From the NCBI GenBank assembly GCA_020432165.1, contig JAGQGU010000003.1, forward strand, positions 4,357 to 68,356: a stretch of DNA of 64,000 nucleotides, read 5' to 3'. Source of the stretch: Thermomicrobiales bacterium. Lineage in GTDB: Bacteria; Chloroflexota; Chloroflexia; Thermomicrobiales; UBA6265. Under the pieces are notes generated by a model. It was not told the origin of the DNA. It did not search any database and was given only the letters and a program-made list of their open reading frames with translations. Shown one piece after another: positions 27,327-36,220 of this stretch. How positions within the stretch are numbered: position 1 is the stretch's first letter; every line of letters begins with the position of its first letter. Made by a program: the position numbers and the translations under genes.

Positions 27327-28034
27327 GTGATGGATGATGAGATCGATATTCAACCGTGGCCGGTACTTGAACTCATCGGGCGCGCGGTGGCGCTCACCTC
27401 GGTTGCCCAGCGCGGTCTGATCGAGATGGATGATGACAGCGATGTCTTCACGCGCGAGACCGACCGATTCGAACTCAGCACCTGGGCACGCACCGAGTTG
27501 ACGAACTGGATCACCGATGCCGAGCTGGCGATCCTGAACACGCCGATCGGCAATCTCAGCGATGAACAACTGCTTGGCGCAGACGAGGCGCTCTACGCAG
27601 CTGGTGCTGTGGCGTGGGCACTGCGCGCGGTACGCGATGAGTACATGCCGGTACCTGATAGTGATGCGTTCAACGCCGCCGTGATGGCGTGGGCACCTGG
27701 TCCGTGGGATCAGGTGCGCAAACTGCAAAAACAGGTGCGACTACGCAGCGATGAGGATCTGGCGGGAGAACGCGAACGGATGGAGCTCTGGTATTGGCGC
27801 GGAGGCGATGTCTCTGCGGAAGATCTCGTCGACGTCGTAGCCGAGATCGAAGCTGCCGATCTCATGCCAACCGTGAATGGCGATCTGGCTGTCGGCGGCG
27901 GAATCGCGTTTGGATCTCTCTCTGAAGACGAGCAGGACGAAATTACGTGGATCGCAGAGCAACGATTGCGTGCGCTGAACTGGGTCTGCGGATTCGGCGA
28001 TTCGTGGGAAACCGCACCGTTGGAGATTGATTAG
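27327..28034 (+). CDS. Hypothetical acidic protein (possibly DUF4272-like)
   Basis: 235 aa, coding-like composition. The family assignment is from memory only and is weak. Confidence 0.5.
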   Translation: MMDDEIDIQPWPVLELIGRAVALTSVAQRGLIEMDDDSDVFTRETDRFELSTWARTELTNWITDAELAILNTPIGNLSDEQLLGADEALYAAGAVAWALRAVRDEYMPVPDSDAFNAAVMAWAPGPWDQVRKLQKQVRLRSDEDLAGERERMELWYWRGGDVSAEDLVDVVAEIEAADLMPTVNGDLAVGGGIAFGSLSEDEQDEITWIAEQRLRALNWVCGFGDSWETAPLEID

Positions 28035-28069
28035 TCCAAATGCGATTGGTTCGCCAGATGCCTGGGTCG

Positions 28070-28112
28070 GTAGAGGGGCAGCGAGCTGCATCCTGCCGTA
28101 CCCAGGCCTACG
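28070..28112. repeat. REP/BIME-like element (GTAG ... CTAC)
   Basis: GTAG at 28070-28073, GGCAG/CTGCC hairpin, inverted head CTAC at 28109-28112. Confidence 0.4.
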
Positions 28113-28124
28113 GTGGTACTCGGT

Positions 28125-29318
28125 CTAGTTGGCGTTGAGGTAATCCATGGCGGCGGTGGCCATAACAGCCATACCGTTCACAAAACCCTCTTCCTCAACA
28201 TCGAACTTGGGATGATGGTGTCCCCACACGATCCCACGTTCCTCGTTGCGGGTACCGCAATAGAAGAAACAACTCGGCACTTCAAGACTGAAGTAACTGA
28301 AGTCCTCGCCACCGAGTCCGAGTGGGTTCTCGACTACATTCTCCTCGCCCGCAATCCGCACCGCGGCATCGCGCACGATTTCGGTGACAAGAGCGTCGTT
28401 CTGAATGCTGGGGTAGCCCGAGATCCAGGTGACATCGGCTTCACCGCCCATGGTTTCAGCAATACCGCGGAAGATTTCGGGCACACGCTTCGCCATCCGC
28501 TCGCGTGTCTCCGGTGAAATCGTGCGTACTGTGCCACGCACCTCTGCGGTATCCGGAATCACATTGAAGGCATCACCGGCAATGACAGCTGTCGTACTCA
28601 CCACAGCACCATCCATCGGGTCGGTTTCGCGGGCTACCAGCGTCTGCAGCGCCATGATCGTTTGCGCAGCGATCACTACCGGATCGACAGCCGCTTGCGG
28701 ACGAGCGGCATGACCACCTCTCCCCTTGATAACGACCCGAAACCGATCGGAGCCGGCCGAGCCGGGACCAACGCGCCAGGAGATCCGGCCGGCCGGTGAA
28801 TCCGCAGCAACATGCAGCCCGATGGCGGCATCCACTTGCGGATCCTGAAGCGCGCCGTCCTTGATCATGGCCTGCGCGCCGCCAGGAGGAACTTCCTCAG
28901 CGGGCTGGAAGAGTACTTTCACCGCACCCTTGAAGTCAGCCTTGTGTTGCATGAGAATCCGGGCCACACCCAGCAGCATTGCGGTGTGGGCATCGTGACC
29001 ACAAGCATGCATCTTGCCATCGATCTTGCTGGTGTAATCGGCCTGCACCTCTTCGAGAATCGGAAGTGCATCCATATCGGCACGCAGCATGACGACATTG
29101 CCATCACCACATTCGCCACGAATAATACCCGTCACCCCAGTGCCGCCGACACCCGTTTTGATATTCTCCACCCCGAGTTCCTGCAACCGGGCAGTTACAT
29201 AGGCAGCCGTCTCGATCTCCTCGAAGGCAAGCTCCGGATGCTCGTGGAAGTGACGTCGATCAGCCACGACCCCTGGCAAGATCTCATCGAATTCGGGTTT
29301 GAGTGTCGCTGTTGCCAT
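28125..29318 (-). CDS. M20D-family amidohydrolase (N-acyl-amino-acid / hippurate hydrolase-like), tandem paralogue 1
   Basis: ADRRHFHEHPELAFEE, LRADMDALP, MHACGHDAHTA, HHHPKFD. Confidence 0.9.
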   Translation of the reverse strand: MATATLKPEFDEILPGVVADRRHFHEHPELAFEEIETAAYVTARLQELGVENIKTGVGGTGVTGIIRGECGDGNVVMLRADMDALPILEEVQADYTSKIDGKMHACGHDAHTAMLLGVARILMQHKADFKGAVKVLFQPAEEVPPGGAQAMIKDGALQDPQVDAAIGLHVAADSPAGRISWRVGPGSAGSDRFRVVIKGRGGHAARPQAAVDPVVIAAQTIMALQTLVARETDPMDGAVVSTTAVIAGDAFNVIPDTAEVRGTVRTISPETRERMAKRVPEIFRGIAETMGGEADVTWISGYPSIQNDALVTEIVRDAAVRIAGEENVVENPLGLGGEDFSYFSLEVPSCFFYCGTRNEERGIVWGHHHPKFDVEEEGFVNGMAVMATAAMDYLNAN

Positions 29319-29323
29319 GTCCT

Positions 29324-30529
29324 CTATCCTTTCGTGTTTTCGTGCAACCAGGCTAGCGCAATGCTGGTCATCGAGCGCACACCGATCGCGAGCGAGTCTT
29401 CATCGACATCGAATTTGGGGTGATGGTGACCATAATTGACACCATCAACCTCGCTATAGCAACCAACTACATAATACGCACCGGGTCTGGCGCGAAGCAT
29501 ATGCGAGAAATCCTCGCCGCCCATAACAGGATCGGCGGTACGAACTGCCTCTTCCCCGAGTTCGGCGATCAATGCCTGGCGTGCGAGCTCCGCCATGGCA
29601 TCGTCGTTGACCGTTGGTGGATAGCCACGCAGAATCTCAACCTTTGCCTCGCAGCCAAGACCAGAAGCACAATCGGTAGCGATCTCGGTGAGCCGTTTCT
29701 CGATACGCTCACCCGTTTCGAACTGGAAGTAGCGGAACGTACCACCAATCTCGACGGTATCCGGGATGACATTGAATGCCTCGCCACCGTTGAAGGTGCA
29801 AACGCTCAGAACCGCCCGATCCATAGGATCGATATTGCGGCTGACGACACTCTGGAGTTCAACAATAGTCGCCGCAGCGGCAATAACGGGATCGACGCTC
29901 TCGTGCGGTTCGGCAGCGTGCCCGCCCTTCCCCTGAAAGATGATGCGGAAGAGATCGCCGCCAGCCATGACCCCGCCGGGGGCGATGGCCACTGTACCGG
30001 TCGGCATCTGTGCTGCCATATGTAGCGCGAAGACGGCGTCAACACCCTCCAACGCACCATCCTGAATCATGCCGATGCCACCGCCAGGCGGAAGCTCTTC
30101 GGCTGGCTGGAAACAGAGTGTCACCGTGCCTGCGAATTGATCGCGCAGATCGGTGAGCACACGGGCAACGCTGAGCAGAATCGCCGTGTGGGCATCGTGA
30201 CCGCAGGCGTGCATGACACCCGGATTCACCGAGGCAAACTCGACCGGTGTTTCCTCCAGGATCGGTAGCGCATCCATATCTGCACGCAGGAGGACATTAC
30301 CGCCGACTCCGGAAGCGGTACCGCGAATAACGCCGGTCACGCCTGTTTGACCAACACCTGTGCGAATGTTCTCAACGCCAAGTGATTCAAGCCGTTGGCG
30401 GACAAACTCCGCGGTTTCGTACTCCTGAAAGGCAAGCTCCGGATGTTGGTGGAGATGCCGACGATCGGCGACGAGTCCAGGTTCAATCTCCGCCACGATG
30501 TTGTCGATGCGTTGGTGGATAGTGGTCAA
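29324..30529 (-). CDS. M20D-family amidohydrolase, tandem paralogue 2
   Basis: Same motif set. The TTG start at 30529 follows GGAGA and aligns with the paralogue N-termini. The track ORF runs to 30574. Confidence 0.85.
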   Translation of the reverse strand: MTTIHQRIDNIVAEIEPGLVADRRHLHQHPELAFQEYETAEFVRQRLESLGVENIRTGVGQTGVTGVIRGTASGVGGNVLLRADMDALPILEETPVEFASVNPGVMHACGHDAHTAILLSVARVLTDLRDQFAGTVTLCFQPAEELPPGGGIGMIQDGALEGVDAVFALHMAAQMPTGTVAIAPGGVMAGGDLFRIIFQGKGGHAAEPHESVDPVIAAAATIVELQSVVSRNIDPMDRAVLSVCTFNGGEAFNVIPDTVEIGGTFRYFQFETGERIEKRLTEIATDCASGLGCEAKVEILRGYPPTVNDDAMAELARQALIAELGEEAVRTADPVMGGEDFSHMLRARPGAYYVVGCYSEVDGVNYGHHHPKFDVDEDSLAIGVRSMTSIALAWLHENTKG

Positions 30530-30576
30530 ATGTTGTCTCCATATGCGAACACCGCGTATAAAACGCGGTGCCACGT

Positions 30577-31767
30577 TCAGGAATTAAGGTAATCGATAGC
30601 GACTTGCGCAAGGGCAGCAACGCCAATGCCGAGTGCATCTTCATCCAAATCGAACTTGGGATGGTGGTGTGGCCAAACGATACCTTTAGCCTCATTGCCG
30701 CAGCCGGTCATGAAGTAGCAGCCGGGGCGTTCGAGGAGGAAGTAGCTCATATCCTCGGCCGGCATGATTGGCCGCATCTTCATCACATTCTCTTCGCCAA
30801 CAACCTTAGCCAGCGATACCTCAGCGAGTGCCGCCATCTCGACATCGTTGATTGTGGGTGGGTAGCCTCGATCGTATTCGATCGTGACTGTCGCTCCGTG
30901 AGCGGCAGCGATACCCGTGGCGACTTCCTTCAACCGGGTTTCGGCCAGATCGCGATTCTCCGGGCTGAAGGTGCGCACAGTACCGGTGAGTTCGGCGGTA
31001 TCCGGGATGATATTGCCAGCCGTGCCGCTGTGGAATGTACAGGGGCTGACGACGACCGGATCGAGTGGATCGACATTCCGCGAAACGATCTTGTGGAGGC
31101 CGCTAACGATATCCGCCGCGATCATGATCGGATCGATGCTGGTGTGCGGCATGGCGCCGTGACCACCCTTGCCCTGCACGGTGATCTTGAACGCATCAGC
31201 ACTCGCCTGAATTGGGCCGCCATTCACCCAGATCTCGCCGGTGGGACGATCGCTCATGACGTGTTGGCCGAAGCAGGCATCAACGTGCGGATTCTCCAAC
31301 ACACCGGCTTCGATCATGGGGCGAGCACCACCCTCATTCGCTTCTTCACTGGGCTGGAAGCAGAGTTTGACGGTACCTGCAAACTGATCCTTGCGTTCCT
31401 GGAGGATACGGGCAACACCCATCAGCATCGCCGTATGACCATCGTGACCGCAGGCGTGCATCACGCCGGGTGTCCTGGAGGCGAACTCGACCGGTGTCTC
31501 CTCCGTTAGTGGCAACGCATCCATATCGGCACGCAAGAGCACACATTTACCCTCGCCTTTACCGCCATGGATCAGCGCCGTGATACCAGTACCAGCGATT
31601 CCAGTCTGGATATCCTCGGCACCGAGGGCTGCCAACCGCTCGGCCACAAATTTCGAGGTCTCATGCTCCTGAAAGCCAAGCTCCGGATGCTCGTGGATAA
31701 AGCGACGATCCGCGATGACACCGGGAACGATCTCATCGACATCTGCTGGGAGGGTTGGAAGTACCAT
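30577..31767 (-). CDS. M20D-family amidohydrolase, tandem paralogue 3
   Basis: Same motif set (ADRRFIHEHPELGFQE, MHACGHDGHTA, HHHPKFD). Confidence 0.9.
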   Translation of the reverse strand: MVLPTLPADVDEIVPGVIADRRFIHEHPELGFQEHETSKFVAERLAALGAEDIQTGIAGTGITALIHGGKGEGKCVLLRADMDALPLTEETPVEFASRTPGVMHACGHDGHTAMLMGVARILQERKDQFAGTVKLCFQPSEEANEGGARPMIEAGVLENPHVDACFGQHVMSDRPTGEIWVNGGPIQASADAFKITVQGKGGHGAMPHTSIDPIMIAADIVSGLHKIVSRNVDPLDPVVVSPCTFHSGTAGNIIPDTAELTGTVRTFSPENRDLAETRLKEVATGIAAAHGATVTIEYDRGYPPTINDVEMAALAEVSLAKVVGEENVMKMRPIMPAEDMSYFLLERPGCYFMTGCGNEAKGIVWPHHHPKFDLDEDALGIGVAALAQVAIDYLNS

Positions 31768-31837
31768 GTGTGTGCTCCTTGTGGCCGCCCTGTGAAGGTG
31801 TTCCTACCGTGGCCTAATCCGGGGAGTGGTGGCCTGG

Positions 31838-31861
31838 GTCGCCCACAAGGGGCGACGCTAC
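31838..31861 (-). repeat. REP element, core subfamily
   Basis: Minus strand: GTAG-C-GTCGCCC-CTTGT-GGGCGAC. A second CACGGTAG head lies at about 31814-31822. Confidence 0.65.
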
Positions 31862-31936
31862 CGTGCCAGTCAGGACTCACCCCCCGGCATTTTCCGTAAC
31901 CCCGGGGTGATTTCGACCGAGGGCGAGCCCCAATCG

Positions 31937-33130
31937 TTACGAATTCAGATAGGTCAGCGCCACATTCACCATTGTCTTGATACCGTGGCTCATGCCATCT
32001 TCGTCAACATCGAAACGCGGGTGATGGTGTGGCCAAACGATGCCGCGCTCTTCGTTGCGAGTACCAACATTCCAGAAGCAACCCGGTCGATTCTCAAGGA
32101 AGTAGCTGAAGTCCTCAGCACCCATCCCGGGTTCGCCGACCTTCACCATATCCTCACCGACTGCCTCAATCGCAGCGAGACGAACCAACTCGGACATCTC
32201 GGCATCGTTGATCGTGGCTGGATAACCACGATGGTAGTTAACTGTGGCCGAGCCACCAAAGGACTTGGCGACGGTCTCCGCGATGGTGGTGAGACGATCC
32301 TGCGCGAAATCGCGCAGCTTCGGATCGAAGGTACGCACCGTACCACCAAGTTCGCAGGTATCCGGAATCACGTTGTCAGCGAATCCGGAATGGATATTGC
32401 AGACCGAGACAACTGTCTGAGCCATCGGATCCACACCGCGAGAAACGATCGTCTGCAGCGCGTTGATGATATTGGTGGCAATGATGATGGGATCGACGGT
32501 CTGGTGGGGTGCAGCACCGTGGCCACCCTTACCGTTGATCGTAATCTTCCAGCTATCCGCCGCGGCACCGTTCGGACCAGGAGCAACATGAATCTCACCG
32601 GTGGGATCACCAGAGGAGACGTGCTGACCGAAGACGGCATCCACATGCGGATCCTCAAGCACGCCCTGCTCGATCATTGGCAAGGCACCACCGGTCCCCT
32701 GCTCCTCGCTCGGCTGGAAGAGGAGCTTCACGGTACCCGAGAAGGTGTCCCGGTTATCCATGAGCACGCGAGCGACGCCGAGCAGCATGGCGGTGTGAGC
32801 GTCGTGGCCACAGGCGTGCATCACGCCCTTGTTCTGAGAGACGTAATCGACCGCGTTCTCTTCCACGATCGGGAGCGCATCCATATCCGCGCGGAGCAGC
32901 ACGCACTTGCCTTCACCAGGCTTGGTGCCATGGACCAGAGCCGTCACACCTGTGACCGCGAGGCCGGTGCGGATATCGTCGACGCCCAGCGCCTGGAGAC
33001 GTTCGATAACGAACTTGCTCGTCTCGTTCTCCTCAAATCCCAACTCGGGATGCTCATGGAGGTGACGGCGATCTGCAACAACGCCTGGCAGGATTTCATC
33101 GATTTCGTTCTTGATTGTGTCTGTGATCAT
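31937..33130 (-). CDS. M20D-family amidohydrolase, tandem paralogue 4
   Basis: Same motif set. ATG 33130 (MITDTIKNEIDEILPG) aligns with the paralogues. The track extension to 33253 runs through a BIME. Confidence 0.88.
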   Translation of the reverse strand: MITDTIKNEIDEILPGVVADRRHLHEHPELGFEENETSKFVIERLQALGVDDIRTGLAVTGVTALVHGTKPGEGKCVLLRADMDALPIVEENAVDYVSQNKGVMHACGHDAHTAMLLGVARVLMDNRDTFSGTVKLLFQPSEEQGTGGALPMIEQGVLEDPHVDAVFGQHVSSGDPTGEIHVAPGPNGAAADSWKITINGKGGHGAAPHQTVDPIIIATNIINALQTIVSRGVDPMAQTVVSVCNIHSGFADNVIPDTCELGGTVRTFDPKLRDFAQDRLTTIAETVAKSFGGSATVNYHRGYPATINDAEMSELVRLAAIEAVGEDMVKVGEPGMGAEDFSYFLENRPGCFWNVGTRNEERGIVWPHHHPRFDVDEDGMSHGIKTMVNVALTYLNS

Positions 33131-33151
33131 GTAACTGTCTCCAAGTACCTG

Positions 33152-33201
33152 GTAGCAGGGCAGCTTGTCTGCCCTTTGGCGCACACAAGGTGCGCCGCTA
33201 C
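33152..33201. repeat. BIME-like pair of inverted REPs (tail-to-tail)
   Basis: GTAG-CA-GGGCAG-CTTGT-CTGCCC (33152-33174), then GGCGCAC-ACAAG-GTGCGCC-G-CTAC (33178-33201). Confidence 0.7.
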
Positions 33202-33369
33202 CTTGCTGATAGTCCGCGAGCATTACCCGGGCATAAGGGCCGCAAGCGGCCACCTTCGGTAACCCGGCCCACGTGTGAGGGTCAAAGGATCATCCCTGGG
33301 ATCGGTCCATAGCGCCCGACAGCATTTTGGACCGGCTTCGCCGGGGGGTCCTTCACCTCCGGTTCAGGA

Positions 33370-34566
33370 TCAATCCTCGAGATAGGTCAATACGCCCATC
33401 GCCATGGCGGTGAGGCCGTGGCCCATGCTCTCTTCATCGATATCGAACTTCGGATGGTGGTGTCCCCAAACGAAGCCCTTCTCCTCGTTTTTGGAGCCGA
33501 CGAAGAAGTAACTGCCTGGCTTCTCTTCGAGGAAGTAGCTGAAGTCCTCAGCGCCCATGGCCGGCGGACGTGTAACCACGTTCTCTTCACCGACAACAGC
33601 GGCACCAGCCTGACGGGCAAGCTCGGTCATGGCTTCGTCATTGACCGTTGGCGGATAGCCACGAACGTATTCGACCTTGGCGGTCGCGCCGAGCGCAGTA
33701 GCAATATCCGTCGCAATTTCGGTGATGCGCTTCTCCATGAGATCGCGCGTCTCCGGCTTGAAGGTGCGTACGGTGCCCTTCAGCACGGCTGTATCCGGAA
33801 TAACATTGAAAGCTTCGCCGGACTGGAAGACGCAGTTGCTCACCACCGCAGAGTCCATCGGATCGGTGTTGCGACTGACAACTGTCTGCAGCGCCACCAC
33901 GATCTGCGCGCCCACGATCACCGGATCGATGCAGCCATGCGGATAGGCGCCGTGGCCACCCTTGCCGCTGATGGTAATGGTGTAGCCATCGGCAGCAGCC
34001 ATGACCGGTCCGCTACCAACGATGATCTTGCCAACCTGCTCCTGATTGGCCATATGCAGACCAAAGACAGCCTCAATCGGAGGATCGTTAAGCACACCCT
34101 CCTTAATCATGGCCTGCGCGCCTCCTGGCGGCAGCTCTTCGGCGGGCTGGAAGCAAAGCTTCACGGTGCCGCTGAACTTGTCCTTGTTGTCACTCAGATA
34201 ACGGGCGAGGCCCATGAGAATGGCGGTGTGGGCATCGTGACCACAAGCGTGCATGACGCCGGGGTTCTGGCTCTTGTACTCGACATCGTTCTCTTCGAGA
34301 ATCGGCAGCGCATCCATATCGGCACGGACCAGCACGTTCTTGCCCGGACCGGGCTTGGTGCCCGTGATGAGGCCGGTCACGCCAGTGACACCGATGCCGG
34401 TGCGGATATCTTCCACACCCAGCTGCTCCAGTCGCTGCCGCACGAACTCGGCGGTCTCGAACTCCTGGAAGCCGAGTTCCGGATGCTCGTGGAGGTGACG
34501 ACGGTCAGCGACGAGCCCGGGCATAAGCTCGTCCACTTCCTTACGAATCTCTTCAACCTGGGGCAT
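33370..34566 (-). CDS. M20D-family amidohydrolase, tandem paralogue 5
   Basis: Same motif set. ATG 34566 (MPQVEEIRKEVDELMPG) aligns with the paralogues. The track extension to 34758 is unsupported. Confidence 0.88.
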   Translation of the reverse strand: MPQVEEIRKEVDELMPGLVADRRHLHEHPELGFQEFETAEFVRQRLEQLGVEDIRTGIGVTGVTGLITGTKPGPGKNVLVRADMDALPILEENDVEYKSQNPGVMHACGHDAHTAILMGLARYLSDNKDKFSGTVKLCFQPAEELPPGGAQAMIKEGVLNDPPIEAVFGLHMANQEQVGKIIVGSGPVMAAADGYTITISGKGGHGAYPHGCIDPVIVGAQIVVALQTVVSRNTDPMDSAVVSNCVFQSGEAFNVIPDTAVLKGTVRTFKPETRDLMEKRITEIATDIATALGATAKVEYVRGYPPTVNDEAMTELARQAGAAVVGEENVVTRPPAMGAEDFSYFLEEKPGSYFFVGSKNEEKGFVWGHHHPKFDIDEESMGHGLTAMAMGVLTYLED

Positions 34567-34685
34567 GGGGTGTCCTTTCAGACAGTTCACAAACGGAGGG
34601 CACGCCCGAGCGCACCCGCAACAAACTCCACGTCGTTGTGTCGTTACTGGTAGCATCATCACAAGAATGAGCGGATTTCGCAAGG

Positions 34686-34973
34686 ATGGGATGGGTATGC
34701 ATGACTGATCTGCCACTACTCGATGAAACCACCAGTTACGCGCTGGTAATGCAGGCACTGGAGAGCATCGGCGGACCAGCGAAGGTTTATCGCAATCCTC
34801 GCATGGCGTTCGCGTTCAACAGCGTCCGCCATTTGGTGGTGGAGGGGCAGGATATCGAGATTCGCTATGGCGAAATCAGCACACCCGCCATCGCAACCGT
34901 GCAGGGTTGGGTGTGGGAAATCCACGATGAGGATATCGAGCTGCTGATGAAACCGATTAAGAAGAAGGCGTAG
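34686..34973 (+). CDS. Hypothetical protein
   Basis: 95-aa ORF (alternative ATG at 34701), no recognisable family. Divergent from the amidohydrolase array. Confidence 0.4.
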   Translation: MGWVCMTDLPLLDETTSYALVMQALESIGGPAKVYRNPRMAFAFNSVRHLVVEGQDIEIRYGEISTPAIATVQGWVWEIHDEDIELLMKPIKKKA

Positions 34974-35025
34974 CGCCGCTCCCGAAGCGCGTCAGCGCGA
35001 AGTGGACGGCGAGATAGCCCATTTC

Positions 35026-35049
35026 GCCGCATGTGAAATGCGGCGCTAC
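35026..35049 (-). repeat. REP-like element
   Basis: Minus strand: GTAG-C-GCCGCAT-TTCAC-ATGCGGC. The TAG of the head is the stop codon of the 35046-35405 CDS. Confidence 0.55.
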
Positions 35050-35405
35050 GATACGCATGCCTCATCCGGGGCATCTTCGACCGGCTCAATGTGCCAGATG
35101 ACTTCGCTGCCGCCGCTCCACCCCAACTCCACGAGAAAATCGTGCAAATTGACGGCGGGGATGTAGTAGGTGTTCTCGTGCGGGATCGGAATCTGCTCGG
35201 TTTCGCTACGAGTCCGCACCAGATAGTATGGCGGACGCGCGGCAATCGCCTCGGCCAATGGTTCGCCGTGACAGTAGTGATACCGGCTTCCCTGAACGGC
35301 GCTGACCCAATCGATATCCGCCCAGCCGCTCCCGTCCGGATTGTCCGGAATCCACAGTTTGTGCAGCGTTTCGGCATCGCTCCAGCCGCTGTCGCCGCTC
35401 ATCAA
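35046..35405 (-). CDS. Hypothetical protein (coupled to MerR-family gene)
   Basis: 119 aa, W/D/G-rich. Its start overlaps the stop of the upstream MerR-like gene by 4 nt. Confidence 0.55.
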   Translation of the reverse strand: MMSGDSGWSDAETLHKLWIPDNPDGSGWADIDWVSAVQGSRYHYCHGEPLAEAIAARPPYYLVRTRSETEQIPIPHENTYYIPAVNLHDFLVELGWSGGSEVIWHIEPVEDAPDEACVS

Positions 35406-35845
35406 TTCGCTCCGCTATCCAGATCATCCAGCACCGAGCGGGCGTATTCGATGATGAGATCGAAGGCGAGCTCATGCGTGCTCTGACGATCCGATTGCTC
35501 ACGCTCGCGCACCTGGATGACGAAGTCGGGATGAAGCTGATGGTGTCGCCACATGGCCACTTCTGGCTGGACATGGGTATTGATCATCATGGCGAGGTCG
35601 TCGGTGGTGAGTTGCTCAAGCTCGGCGCGGATATCGCGCAGCGGCTTGCGTTGCTCTTTCAGTCGACCGATAGCCTGCAATCGGAGGAGATGGTCGTGAT
35701 CATACGTCGCACTCGGACCACGCCCATAGGCGGGCATCAGCAAGCCCTCGGTGATGTAGTATCGGATGGTGCGACCGTTGATTCCGGTCATCTCCTCCAA
35801 TTCGGAGAGCGTGTACCGATCTGGTCGTTTGTGCGACTGTGCCAT
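35402..35845 (-). CDS. MerR-family transcriptional regulator
   Basis: YTLSELEEMTGINGRTIRYYITEGLL...HLLRLQAIGRLK is a MerR N-terminal HTH. Confidence 0.8.
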   Translation of the reverse strand: MAQSHKRPDRYTLSELEEMTGINGRTIRYYITEGLLMPAYGRGPSATYDHDHLLRLQAIGRLKEQRKPLRDIRAELEQLTTDDLAMMINTHVQPEVAMWRHHQLHPDFVIQVREREQSDRQSTHELAFDLIIEYARSVLDDLDSGAN

Positions 35846-35905
35846 ATTCCGTCCGTGTCCGAAGTGTTGCCAGTTTCCGACAGTTAGTATAGCCGCTGGA
35901 AAGGG

Positions 35906-36124
35906 ATGATAGCGATGTACGTGACATTTGCATTATGGATCGCTGTCGCTTTGGGCGCACTTGCCTTTGCCGCGTCAGGGTTCTGGTCCAGCTGGAACAG
36001 GGGCACACCCAGACCCGCGCTGGCCGACAGTTCATCGCTTCGGTTCGCATTGGCGATGCTCGTTTTCGCAGCCTGTGCCATCGCGAAAGCCATTCAAATG
36101 TGGCCGTTCGCCAATCTCTGGTAA
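35906..36124 (+). CDS. Hypothetical small membrane protein
   Basis: 72 aa with two hydrophobic helices. Weak support. Confidence 0.35.
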   Translation: MIAMYVTFALWIAVALGALAFAASGFWSSWNRGTPRPALADSSSLRFALAMLVFAACAIAKAIQMWPFANLW

Positions 36125-36220
36125 CGCTCACATCCAGTCCGCGCAATTTCAGCAGCATTCGTGGGATAATGGGCAGGTGCAACCGTGGTTTTGACATCGC
36201 GGTGTAGAGGTGTGCCGATC

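Noticed and set aside
33131-33253. N-terminal extensions of amidohydrolase paralogues 4 and 5 (to 33253 and 34758) and of paralogue 2 (to 30574).
   Set aside because: The extensions are not shared between paralogues and run through REP/BIME repeats. Internal starts align with the common N-terminus (…EI.PG.VADRRH).
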